A stretch of 64,000 nucleotides of DNA, from contig JBNGIO010006384.1 in NCBI GenBank assembly GCA_049999805.1, positions 1 to 64,000 of the forward strand, given 5' to 3'. Positions within the stretch are counted from its first letter, which is position 1, and the number at the start of each line of letters is the position of its first letter. The notes beneath the pieces were generated by a model, which saw only the letters and a list, made by a program, of their open reading frames with translations, had not been told where the DNA came from and ran no database searches. The stretch is from Folioceros fuciformis (taxonomy: Eukaryota). Of this stretch, positions 28,618 to 41,323 are shown in pieces. A program made the translations under genes and the position numbers.

Positions 28618-29940
28618 ATGTGGGTCGCCGGGGCCCTCTCATCTTCCGGGCTGCTGCAGCTCTCATCTTCTGTTTCTTCTTGCCGCAGCTCGCTGGACAG
28701 GGTAGCAGGTCGTGTTCTTTATAATCCCTGTTTTCGCTATCTTGGCTAGGCTTCTTTGCGCTGGACATGGTGTAGTGTGGTGTGGTGTGGTGTGGTGCGG
28801 TGCGGCGTGGTGTGGTGTGGTGTGGTGTTTCTTTGTGGCCGGATGGGATGTTGGATGGCTTTCTGTAAGGAAGGAGGTTAATCTGGAGGGTTTGGTGTGG
28901 CAGGATGGGGGCAGGTGGAGCTTGGAAGAGCGGGAGGGGTTTTGGCTGGAGACTGGAGTAACGGGACGCTGGCAGAAAGAATCGGGGGGAAGCGGTGGTG
29001 CGAGAGACTGAGGAGAAGGTGTTGCAACCCGCAGGATAGGGCTGTGAAGAAGGGGCTGAGCAGAACAGGGGTGACGACCGTGGCAGTGTTGCAATGGAAT
29101 CGAAAGCCTGTTTTCGCGGGGACGGCGCCTCGTGTGGTGGTGATCACGTCGGGGAAGGGGGGAGTGGGAAAGACCACGACCACGGCCAATCTCGGGATGT
29201 CGCTGGCCAGGCTGAACTTCAAGGTGGTGGCCATCGATGCGGACGTAGGGCTTCGGAACCTGGACTTGCTGCTGGGGCTTGAAAATCGGGTGAACTATAC
29301 GGCCATGGAGGTGCTGAACGGCGAGTGCCGGCTGGATCAAGCTCTCATCCGCGACAAGCGATGGAGCAACTTTGAGCTGCTGTGCATAAACAAGCCGCGT
29401 TACAAAATGCCATTGGGATTCGGGGGCAAAGCCCTGACATGGCTGGTTGACGCGCTGAGGAAGCGGCCGGACGGGACCCCTGACTTCATCCTCATTGACT
29501 GCCCCGCAGGCATCGACGCCGGCTTCATCACCGCCATCACTCCTGCTAACGAGGCCATTCTGGTCACCACTCCCGACATCACCAGCTTGAGAGACGCGGA
29601 CCGGGTGACTGGCCTGCTGGAGTGCGATGGTGTGAAGGACATCAAGATGGTTGTAAACCGGGTGCGCAGCGATATGATCAAGGGGGAGGACATGATGTCC
29701 GTACTGGACGTGCAGGAGATGCTAGGTTTGCCGCTGCTCGGGGTCATCCCGGAGGATTCCGAAGTGATCAAGAGCACCAACAGGGGCTACCCTTTGGTCC
29801 TCAAGAAGCCCCCCACTCTGGCAGGGTTGGCTTTGGAGCAGGCTGCATGGAGGCTGGTGGAACAAGATAGTATGAAGGCTGTCCTGGTGGAGGAGGGCCC
29901 GGCTAAGAAGGGCTTCGGCTTGCCCTTCATTGGGGGATAG
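28618..29940 (+). CDS. MIND1: Plastid division site-determining protein MinD, nuclear-encoded; Ser-rich transit-peptide exon 28618-28708, intron 28709-28903
   Basis: VITSGKGGVGKTT, DADVGLRNLDLLLGLENR, DCPAGID, TTPDITSLRDADRV. The GTG-started ORF has no ATG before the domain. The phase-1 splice from MWVAGALSSSGLLQLSSSVSS.. fits the frame exactly. Confidence 0.93.
28768..28827. repeat. (GTGTG)n pentanucleotide microsatellite in the MinD intron
   Basis: tggtgtagtgtggtgtggtgtggtgtggtgcggtgcggcgtggtgtggtgtggtgtggtg. Confidence 0.9.
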
Positions 29941-31497
29941 CCTACCACGGCATCTGATGAATTGAGTGCGTGCATTCTTTTTCCAGCCCTGGACGGATGG
30001 TTTTGATCAGCGATACGGTAACATACGGGAGCAGTGCAGTGCAAATAGATTATGGAGCAAAGCTAGCCAGCATTTATAGTATCTTTCAATTTGGATTCTT
30101 TCTGTTGCTAACCAGTTTCAGCGTTTCCTCCTCCCTTGCCGCATACCAGTGCGGTGAGCAAGAGGGTGCTGGATATGTACAATGGATGATGTTGGATCAT
30201 CAAAGTGAGAAAGCAAGCGAGGTGTGTTGAGTACTGACGACACCTGATGGTCTGTTCCTGTCTTTCCCTCCCTTCACTTCACAGGATATGGTCTCTGCGA
30301 AGGGCAGCGATGGTCAGGTCCCCAGCAGCAACCAGTCCTGCCCTCCTGAGGTCATACAACTTGAGGCCCCCCAGCAAGGCTTGGTCCGTGGTCTCTTCCA
30401 ACCACGGCGGGAATACTACTTGGCTCAGGTCCACCACCTTCTCCATCACATCCGGCTTGCCCCCAGGGTATACCATATAAGTATACAGCTTCCCCCTGCC
30501 TCTCCTTCGCTTCTGAGAGTACAAACCGCGTCTGCAACTGCTCTTCCTCCTCCTTCCCTTCCTCTTCACTTACCGGTGCTGTCTTCTCCTCTGCCGCCCC
30601 CGTCGTGTCTTCCCCATCCCTTCCATCTCTTCTACTCACCTCGTCCGTCGCCACTGACTTTTCCCTCTCCACTCCACGGATCTGAGCTGCCACTTCCTCC
30701 CCTTTCTGGCGAATGAATTCTTGGCGTTCATCTGCCTGCTCGCAACCGTGGCCGAGTTAGCAGTGGCAGCTGGAGACTTGGAATGGAATTGACCATGGAA
30801 CGAGACGAATCACTTCAGCGGCTTCTAGAGGGACGGGGGCTTGGCTACCGGAAGGCGCCGCCCATGCTCCGCTGCACGGTGGCCTGGTCTTGAGGTAACT
30901 CCCCACCACCGTCTTCCTGCGAAACGAAGCACACATGAGGACACTCTGAATCTGGTATCCATAGCTATTGTAGTCATCGAACTGTCAGCAATGGGCCATC
31001 CTCTTTTCTGTTTCGTGCATCCGCACATTGTGCGATAGGCCTCCAGGTCGTCTCGATTTCCCAGCTGACACCGTAGCCGCGTGGCGCACAATTTAAAAGC
31101 CACGTAGCGGCCCCTTGGTGGAGTTTCCCGCTCCTTCTCTTATCACCACACCTTTTGGCATTGTTTGCTCGCCAAAGAGACGAAAATTTGTCTCGCACAA
31201 TTATTCTCTCCTAACGTGTATGTGTCTAGATGTACATATATATATAGGTTTACATCTTTTTTTATATCTAAGATATCCCATATATTAATAAAAAAGATGA
31301 TTAATATTAAATATATTTCTCTCCACATATTATTTATATATGAAACTTTGTTATACGTTTATTGTTCACGCATTCAACTAAGCTAGAAGATTAACAATAC
31401 CCAATGAAGAAAACTATTTTGTAGCAATCATAGTTAGAGCTGAATAGCTTAAAAAATATGAAAAATGATAGCATACTAAGTATGTAAGAAACTATGC

Positions 31498-33941
31498 TTA
31501 TCCCTTAACAGTCCACTCCGTAAAAATAGCTAAATGATTTGCTCTAGAGAGGAAAAGCTCATTGTAGCATTTTTCTACTTGTACCATAGAGTTGGAATCG
31601 AGGAATGAGGGCTTCACAACATATGGTACCAACATGTTTGTTGTCACTCTTTCCATGCTGCGAGATTCTATAGTGAGCTCATCAAATTTGAGTTCATAGA
31701 ATATAAGATCGTTGTGTACAAGAAGTAGAGGACATAATCGATCAACTTCATAGCCAATTTGGGATGCGAGAAGAGCTTTTGCATATTGTAGTAACATGAT
31801 TCGAAATCTCACTTCATCTCGCAACCTTGAAGAGATTTCAATTTTGGGAATAAACCAACCTAGAATATCTATCTTGAAATTAGAATTCTTCAGACATGTT
31901 AAGGTGGTGACCTGCTGAGAGCAAAGCACTAAGCAATGGGCCTTGTTGCCATGCCACCCAAATAGAGGAGCCCAACGCTGAAGCAATTCTGATATATTGA
32001 CATACTTTCTTAAAACAATAAATCCACGATACAAACCCATAATACCTGGATCTTTGTAGGTAAGATGATGGATGAATTGGCTTGAAGATGTGTCAAAGAA
32101 TTGAAAGCTTAATCGGCACTTTCGAAGTTTTGTAACAATGTTTGTCAAAGTATGTTTGAGATAGAAGAAAAAAATTCCATAAATATCGTAGCGAGGCAAA
32201 AGAAATTCACTTCTGTCCTCCTCTATAACCTGTAGTAAACAGAGAAGACCAAAAAAACAAAAAATGTAAACACAAAGACAGAGAACCTCTTCATGAAGAT
32301 AGTTAAATATTGTTGCAAGCTTCCAAGAAGCATAATTTGTAAAACAAGGTTGGAAGGGGAAAGAAACAAAACCTTGTGGATGGGCCAGCCGCCAAAGCAA
32401 TCCAAAGCAGAGGAATGACCTATCCACCCCTTCAAGGCAGAGAATAAAGTGGGATTTGGGATAACATGGTGACCGGAATAGTGGCCAAGGGGTAGCAACA
32501 TTCCTGTATCTCGAAAATGTCTCACAGCTTCAAAATGCTCTTGAATGAGATACTGCTCAGTTGTCTGAGTATTGTCAAATGTAGATATAATCTGTCGTCT
32601 AGCTTCTTCACATCCTTCTGGACGCCAATTTAATAGTGTCATCTCTATCAAATGTTTCCAAATCCCAGGTCCTTGGCTATGAATATGGACGTTACATTGA
32701 GTATTTGTTACCGCCATACGATTCACTTGTGTTCTATCAGAAATGTTGTTTAACTTTTTTACTAACCCAAAAATGCTTGTAAGATAAATATCTTTTGGAT
32801 CTATAACTTTAGAGTTTTTTATGATGCTAGTGATGGTCTCTATAAGTATGAGGTACTGCGGCACTGTTAAGAAAGCTGAGTATTGAATAGCTATTATGGC
32901 ATCCACGATAGAATCAAGGTAAAGATTCTGGGACCAGAATGACAGCAAACAGCATATAATAAGGTTCCTAGCCATAGCATGGTGATTTGAACAATTGATG
33001 TACAAAGTGATTTCTGGTTTGGGATGCAAATTGTTCTTGTGCTCAAACTGACGATCAATATTTATTTGCTGAAGGGTTTGGAATATAATGCTTAAGTCAT
33101 AACAACCATCGAAAGATAATCGCAAGGGAGTTGGGAGAGACTCATCTGGACCATCGTTCTTCAGTAGGGGAACAACAGGAGTAGTGTCCCATGCTGTGAC
33201 AACATCATTTTGTGCAATAGTCTTAGTCTTGCTTGATTGATCATTTTTCCTTTTTATTGGATTTGAGATCCGCTCGCAGAGTAGTTGGTGTCCATCTTTC
33301 CAATGCTCTTTTGAACAACTCGAGCTACAATAAGCAATCAACTCGCACTTCTTGCATATCTTAGACACTTTTTTCTGACAAGGGGGTCTTGTGCTGTTAC
33401 AATCCCAATTTGCACATGTATATGCAAGTGGGCATATACTCATATTAGCAGAAGAACCAAAAGTGCCTCCCCTTTTATAAGTATCTCCAAGGAGATCCAA
33501 TCCACTTTCAAATGCCAATGGTAGAATGTTTGGTGGATACATGAAATGGTTCAAACACAAAAGTATGTAGGAAAGAAGAGACTTGCCGGCTTCTATACTC
33601 CTTGTTTGCAGCATATCTGTGCTTAATAGCTCCTTGACTCCATCTTCTCTTTCACTATGCATGATCCCTTGTACTTCGGCACAAACATCGGGATGTGCCT
33701 GAAAGTTTTTGAAGATTGCCCTCTTTTGTTGTTCATACTTAACATCCATTTCAAAAAATTTGAATGCTTCTTTGTCTTCCAAGCTGTCCAGGGACTCCAA
33801 GTGAGCATCAGATAACTCATCCAGTTGCTTGAGTTGTTGAAGTGGAAAATAGTCATTAAGAACATGTTTCAACCGCCTAGCACCATCTATAATATTGATT
33901 TTGAAGAGATGCTCCCAAGAAACATCATCTAAGTGATCCAT
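31498..33941 (-). CDS. MYND zinc finger + DUF4470-like protein, copy 1 (~766 aa; one intron 32230-32372)
   Basis: MYND pattern C..KICKKC..IAYCSSSC..EHWKDGHQLLC. DUF4470-like LRLSFDGCYDL..IF.T and LYINCSNHHAMARNLII. Also GMLLPLG..PNPTLF and RYDIYG.FFFYL. A GT-AG intron joins the two ORFs in frame. Confidence 0.75.
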
Positions 33942-34019
33942 ATGAGAGACGCGACAGAGATTATCCCAAGAAACATCATCTAAGGGATCCACACGATAGA
34001 CATGTTAAATGGCCTTGCC

Positions 34020-34950
34020 ATGTGATGCTTATTTCACAAGTGGAGTATTTCTAGCCACAAGCTTGATCCAACTATTAGTAACCACCAAAAGCCCAATCCT
34101 GCATGCTATGGAAACTAGATAGTCTTCTTAATATGTGATGTGTATTTCGCAATCCCACTTGTTGAAATTAGATAGTCTTATCATATAATGTGTACTCCAC
34201 CATACAATCTGTTGAAGCTAGATAGTCTTGTTATATGATGTTGATTCCACTGGCAATCCAATTGATGTGTTGAAACTAGTCAATCTTGCCATATGATGTT
34301 TATTCCATAATCCAACATGTTGAAACTAGATAGTCTTGAACAAGACTATCTAGACTAAACATCACATAACATCATATGATGTTTATTCCGCAATCCAACG
34401 TTAATGTATTGAAACCAAGCAGTCTTGCCAGCCATGCAGTCTTGCCAGCCATGTGATGTTCAATCTAGAACAGCAATGTTCATAACCACAGGCCCAATCT
34501 CGCCTCCTATCTTGCCAACCATGTGATGTTCAATCTAGAACAGCAATGTTCATAACCACAGGCCCAATCTCGCCTCCTAAACTCGATAGTCTTGTAAAAC
34601 GATGCTCATGTTACAAGTGCAAACCTATCTGAAATCATGAGCTCAATCCAAATGTTCATAACATGCCTTAGAGCCTAATCAAACCTACTGATCTTAATAG
34701 TAGTGCTAAACAATGCTTAGTTCACAACTGTCCAGCTCATAAATCATGAACTCAATCTAGAGCCCAATCCAACCTACTATTCCTGATAGTTTAGGTATGA
34801 GATGTATATTCCACTAGGGCAATGTTGAAAACCAAAAGCGCAATGCTCCAAGAGTGGTGTTCAAAACCATAAGCCCAATGCTCCAAGAGTAGTGTTCAAA
34901 ACCAGAAGCCCAATGCTCTATTCAAAACCAAAAGCCCAATGCTCTCTGCT
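34020..34950. repeat. Degenerate tandem-repeat field upstream of MYND copy 1
   Basis: Multiple ~50-60 bp units (gaaactagatagtctt..atatgatg..attcc..aatcc), a near-exact 70-bp duplication at 34440-34579, and ~35-bp aaaacca.aagcccaatgctc units at 34828-34945. Confidence 0.85.
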
Positions 34951-36280
34951 AAACTCAAAAGACCTACTTAGTAATGCTTATTTCATATATGTGGTGTAGG
35001 TAACCAAGCACCATTTAAACTATCTTGTTCAACTAAGTTAGATGAGTATATGTTTAGTTTTTGCTTTGGATGAAAATTAATTTCTACAAGAAGATCTATA
35101 TACTTGAAACCTAGTAACGAATTTGACTTCAAAGATTTTAAAACTTTGAAGCACATAGTAAAATGGGTTGCTTAATGTAGGTACTTATGGAATGATAAAA
35201 GGGGTTAGGAAGAGGGGAAGGTGAGTCATATTCAACTTGAGGATTGAAAGGTGGAAACTTGTGGCATGAGCCATGTTGGTGACGAGGAACAATGGGAATG
35301 ATATCATTCTCTTCGACGAATCAGTAGACGAGACTTTACAAAGGACAAGGAAGTGTTCAACAAGGCCCTAGAATCTGTATTTGAGTGTTTAGGGGAGAAC
35401 AAGGATAGGATGAAAACCATGGCAGAGAGAGCTATGGTCTTGCATTTAAAATTAAGGGTCAACCTACTTGAAAAGTAGATAGGAGTGTGTGCACGCAAGA
35501 TACAAGAGCAATTGACTACCATCTACGATATCATGTTTTAAAGTTTAGACGTAGACTTTACCAACATGTTAGATATGGTGGAGTTTTAAACTCGATTGAA
35601 AATGATTTTGCTAGTGTAACTTAAGCCCTAAGTTGGATGTGCTTACAAATGATGATGGAGAGCAAAGATCTCGTTCCAAAGGCAATAGACTATGAGTAGG
35701 CAACATGTTTAAGTTTTGCTGTAATCACTCATTGTCAAGCTTAGCAGGCAAACAAGCATGCTCATTCCTTAGGCAAACAAGCATGCTCATTCCTTAGGTT
35801 ATCGGATGTTGTATGATTGTGGTTTTGCCAAAATAACAAGGGTTTAGCATTGCTTTTCTCATGACTACATAAGTTTCACTTGTACACACATGCGTTCTCC
35901 CAACGTCATGCCAATTGTAGGTTTGTTTGTAGCTATGGGGCACATCTTCACGGCTCCAAAATGCACCTGTGTCTTCCCTCAGGGCTAGTGAGCAATGCAT
36001 TGTTCCACATAATGCTATTTGCAATGTCATGTTCTCAATGCATTGTTACACAGAATTGCTATTTGCAATGTCATGTTCTTATTAATCGAAGAGGATGTAG
36101 GGGTTTCTTTTCTAACAAGAAGCACCGTGATCAATACTCTATCCAATAGTGTGCCTTGATAGAATATCCTCAATCCTCCAATGTGTGCTACAACAAAAGT
36201 TTGTAAGCTCTTCTATGCAGCAAGGGCGCGCTCTCATCCCCCTGCCATGGGCCCATGAGCAAGGTTTTTTGGTAAGTTGC

Positions 36281-36552
36281 TTAATGCATGTGTGAGGGAG
36301 TACCATAGTCAGAAGAGTAGGATTAGTGTTCCTGTTTAATGCATGTGTGAGGGAGCACCATAGTCAGAAGAGTAGGATTAGCATCCCTGCTTAATGCATG
36401 TGAGAGGGAGTACCATAGTCAGAAGAGTAGGATTAGCGTCCCTTCTTAATGCATGTGTGAGGGAGTACCATAGTCAGAAGAGTAGGATTAGCGTCCTTGC
36501 TTAATGCATGTGTGAGGCAGTACCATAGTCAGAAGAGTAGGATTAGCGTCCC
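36281..36552. repeat. 5 x 55-bp tandem array
   Basis: ttaatgcatgtgtgagggagtaccatagtcagaagagtaggattag.. at 36281, 36336, 36391, 36446 and 36501. Confidence 0.95.
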
Positions 36553-37196
36553 TCTTTCATGCATTATAGCTTTCTACAAGCTAGGGAGTGTTCATTGCTC
36601 TTCCGTAGACATAGCCCAATGTTGTGGGTAGGACAATAATAAGTGCAGCCTACATAGCATCTTGAGCGCTTAAGATAGGTAAGCATGGTTTGGTTCCATT
36701 TTTAATGGTTCTTCATTCCATCTTGGAGTAGATGGATTCCTTCCATCTTTTCATAATAAATTCTTCACTTAATCGCCAATTATGGGTCATTGCTAATCCC
36801 ACCCAAATCACCAAGCCTACACATTCTACATGTCCTCCACAAACATATTAGTCCTCAATGAACTTTAAATCATTCTTTTGTTTATTTGTTTGTCTAGATG
36901 TACATGTAATGGTTTCCATCTTTGCTTATATCTAAGATACCCTCTACATTAAAAAAAAAACAAGATGATCATTCACATACAATAAATGACTGAGATATCT
37001 CCTTACATAATATTTATACATGAGACTTTGTAATGTATTCCTTGTCTCCTTGGTTAAACTAGCTAGATGATGGACACTACCTGATAAAGAAAACCTCATT
37101 GTAGCATTCTTGAGTTAGAGTGGAATAGCTCAAAAAGCTAAAGGGTGGCTGCATACTACTTGTGTAAGTTAGAAACTTTGTTTATCTCTTGATAGT

Positions 37197-39665
37197 CTAG
37201 GATAATATCCAGTCTATAAAAAATATAAAATGATTGACTCTAGAAAGGAAAAGTATGTTGTAGTATTTTTCAACTCGTTTTTTACTAGTGGGATAGAGGG
37301 ATGAGAGCTTTGCGACGTTTGAGGGCTTAACAATGTTTGGAACAATTAAGTCTGCTATCAATTTTTTCATTGTATGAGGGTCTAGATGTGTAGTCAACTC
37401 ATCAAACTTAAGTTCAACCAATATAGGACCAGTGTTTATCGCAAGCAAAGGACATAATCGATCTGATTGAGGACCAAGTTTCAATTCAAGAATGGCTTTG
37501 ATATACCTCTAGTATTTCTATGAACCTCTTTTCATCGTCCTTTCTTGAGCCCCTGATCACCTTGGTAGAAAGCCAGTAAAATAGATTTGCTTTCAAGTTC
37601 GCATTTTGTAGAAAGGTTACATCGACGAATTGCTGAATTTGAAAGCAAAGCAATGCGCCTAAAGAATGGGCCTTGCTATGAGGCCACCCACATAGAAGAG
37701 CCCAACACCGAAGTATCTCTTGTAGATTGTCACATTGTCTCATTATAATAAATCCACGATACAAACCCATAATGCCTGGATCTTTGTAAGTAAGATGATG
37801 AATAAACTGGTTTGAAGGTCTATCAAAGAATTGAAAGTCTAATCGGCACTTTCGAAGTTTTGTAACAATGTTTGTCAAAGTATGTTTGAGATAGAAGAAA
37901 AAAGTTCCATAAATATCGTAGCGGGGCAAAAGGAATTCCTTTGCGTACTCCTTCATAACCTGGAGTAGATACACACAACCTATTAAAATACAGATTTAAA
38001 TACAAGACACCTAAATATTGTTGCAAGCTTCATTGTGCAGTAATGAACATAATTTGTATAACGAGGTTGAAAGGTAGAGCTAAGAGACAAAACCTTGTCG
38101 ATGGGCCAGCCGCCAAAGCAATTGAAAGCAGAGGTCTGACCTATCCACCCCTTCGAGGCCGAGAATAAAGTGGGATTTGGGATAACATGGTGACCGGAAA
38201 AGTAGCCAAGTGGTAGCAACATCCCTACATGCCGAAAATATTTCACAGCTTGAAGATGCTCTTCAATGAGATACACCTCTTCTGTCTGGGTATTGTCAGA
38301 TGCATATATAATTTGTCGTCTGGCTGCTTCACATCCCTCTAAACACCAGTTTAGTAGTGTCATTTCTATCAAATGCTTCCACACCCCAGCCCCATGGCTA
38401 TGAAGGTAGACATGACAATGAATGTTTTGTGTCACTATATGATTCACATGTGTTTTATCGGAAATGTTGTTTAACTTTCTTGCCAACCCTGGGATGCTTA
38501 TAAGATCTTTGATATATGTAACCTTAGAGTTTTTTATGATGCCTATAATGGTCTCTATAAGGACAAGGCATTGCGGAATTGTTAAAAAAGCTGAGTATTG
38601 AATAGCTATAATGGCATCCACAATAGAATCAGGGTAAGTCTTATCAGCCCAAGATGCTAACAAACAACATATAATAAGATTTCTAGCAAAAGCGTGGTGA
38701 TTTGAGCAGTTGATGTACAAAGAGATTTCTGCTTTAGGATGCAACTTATTCCCACCCTTAAACTGACGTTCAACATCTAGTTCATAAAGGGTTCAGAATA
38801 TAGTGCTCAAGTCATAACAACCATCGAAAGATAATCGCAAGGGCCTTGGGAGAAACTTATCTTGACCATCCCTTCCTAGTAGGGCAACAGTAGGAGTAGT
38901 GTCCCATGTTATTGCAACATCATTTTGTGGATGTATGTTCTTATTCATGTTTGATTGCTTATTTTGCATTTTTGTTGGTCTTGAGATCCGATCACAAAGT
39001 AGTTGGTGTCCATCTTTCCAATGCTGGTTTAAACACCTCAAGCTACAATACGAAATCAAGTTGCACTTCTTACATACTTTTGACCCTTCATTTTGGCAAG
39101 GGGGTCTTCTGCTATTACAATGCCAATTTGCACATGTATATACAGGTGGGCACATACCCATATCTACGGCAGAGCCAAGAGTCCCTTCCCTTGCAAAAGT
39201 TGCTTCAACTTGAGGATTAATATCCAATTGAATTTCAAATGCATACCGAAGAACAAGCGGTGGATACATGAAATAGTTGAGGCACAAAATTATGTAGGAA
39301 AGAAGAGACTTGCCAACTTCTCTACTCCTTATTTGCAATTCATTTGTACTCAATAGCTCCTTGAAACCATTTGCTCTTTCACGATGCATGATCCCTTGCA
39401 TTTCAGCAGAGACATTGGGTTGTTGCTTAAGGTTTTTTAACATTGCCCTCTTCTGTTCTTCATACTCGGCGTCAGCTTCAAAATATTTGACTTCTTCTTT
39501 GTCTTTCAAGTTGTTTAGGGACTCCAAGTGAGCATTAGATAACTCATCTAGCTGCTTGAGTTTTTGAAGTGGGAAATAGTCATTAAGAACATGTTTCAGC
39601 TACTTGGCACCCTCTATATTGCTTTGGAAGAGATGATCCCATGAAACACCATCTAAGTGATCCAT
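37197..39665 (-). pseudogene. MYND + DUF4470-like gene, copy 2 (disrupted)
   Basis: Collinear paralogue of copy 1 with the intron at the same position. In-frame TAG near 39600 (copy 1 has Arg), in-frame TGA at 38793-38795 (copy 1 has Gln), and a frameshift near 37485-37505. Confidence 0.85.
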
Positions 39666-41323
39666 ATAATAGTGCTAAATGGTCTTGCTATGTGATGCTT
39701 ATTTCATACGTGTAGTGTTCCTGGTCACAAGCTCAATCCAAATGTTAGTAACCAACAAGAGCCCAATTCAACAATACATTGAAACTAGATAGTCTTATTA
39801 TATGATGTGCATTCCACAATCCCACCTATTGAAACTAGATAGTCGTGCTATGTGATGCTTATTCTACAATGACAATATTCGTAACCTGTTGAACAGCCTA
39901 ATCCAACCTGCTAAACTCAAGAGTCCTGGGAAACGATGTTTATTTTTCAAGTGCATATGGTGTTTGTTATCATAAGCTTAATCTAGATGCTCATAACAAG
40001 AATCCAAATGGAACCTACGAAATCCAATAATCATGCGAAGCAACGCCTACTTCAGAAGTGTTGTGCTTGGAAATTGAGATCATGAACTCAATCGATAACC
40101 TAATCTAGCCTAGTACGCTTGATAGTTCAGCTATACATGTGATGAGTATTCTACAAGAGCAGTGTTCAACACCAAAATCCCAATGCTCTCTACTAAACTC
40201 AAAGGGCGTGGCACTCCTAAGTAATGCTTATTTCGTAAGTGTGGTGTAGGTAACCAAGAGCCCAATGCACCCTACCAATTAAACTCTCTTCCAACTAAGT
40301 TAGAGGAACATGTGCCTTGTTTATTCTACGTTTGAAAATTAAGTTTTACAAGAAAATCTACATACTTCAAACCTAATGATGAATTTAAATTCAAATATCA
40401 ATATTCAATCAATGATTTTAAACTTGTTAAGCAAATAGTAAATGAAGTGCTTTATGTAGGTACTTATTCAATGATAAAAGGGCATAGGAATAACGGGAAG
40501 GTGAGTCATATTCAACTCAAGATGAAAATTTGTGCAGTGAGCCATGTTGGTAAGGAGGCACAACAAAAATCATCCTCCTAAATGAATACATAGTGGAGGA
40601 CTTTGCATTGAACAAGGAGGCTATGTTTTCAACATGGCCAGGGTCCCTATGTTGGAGTTCCTATATAAGAACAACTTGGATGGGGTGCTGCCCATTGTTG
40701 AGCTACATCTCACATTCAAAATTAAGGGTCAACCTAATTGAAAACCAAACTAGAGTGTTTGTGTGCAAGATATAAGAGCAATTGAATGTCAGCCTATCAC
40801 ATCACGTTCCAAAGCTTACACATAGACTACAATAACACTCTAGATATGGTGGAGTTCCAAGCTCAATTGAAAGGCATGCTGTATGGGGTAACTCAAGTCC
40901 TAAGTTCAATGTGTTTACAAACGGTGAAGGCAAACTCTATGAGCAGGTAGGCTTGGCCCAACACAACCACGATTATGTTTCTTGTTGTTAGTATTGGTTG
41001 TGTGTTCTAAATGGCACTAAGGGCTCAGTGTAAATCTTCTAGCTAAGAAGAAGAGCACAGAAGATGGTGCGTATTAAGATGCTTCCTAATATAGTCTATA
41101 TTGGGAACACCATAATGGTAGCCCCAGGCCTAAGACTTGGAGCTACCATTATGTCATTCTTCAATGCCACTATCTTCTGTTCTTGTGCCAACTCCAGTGT
41201 GATTCAAACACCCTTTTAGCAAGGAGGCATTCTAGTTCATGCCCTCAAAAAAGTGCATGAAGTGAAGTAGTAGCCATTGTTTTGTCAAGGCATGTCAGCC
41301 CTCCAAGGATAGCTACAAAGGCC

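Larger units (their letters stand above)
31220..40930. repeat. Diverged direct segmental duplication: ~31220-35660 and ~36890-40930
   Basis: Shared flanks on both sides of the gene: tgtctagatgtacat..atatctaagata at the left, and gaaggtgagtcatattcaact, aaattaagggtcaaccta, tagatatggtggagtt at the right. Confidence 0.9.

Noticed and set aside
28897-29940. MinD as a bacterial or plastid-DNA insertion with a GTG start
   Set aside because: An upstream ATG exon encoding a transit-like peptide splices in frame, so it is an ordinary nuclear gene.
36281-36552. CRISPR-like array
   Set aside because: The units are contiguous near-identical 55-mers with no unique spacers, the context is eukaryotic and there are no cas genes.
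38793-39602. U-to-C RNA editing or readthrough rescuing the stops in MYND copy 2
   Set aside because: Reverse editing is known for organellar transcripts, not nuclear ones, and the copy also has a frameshift.
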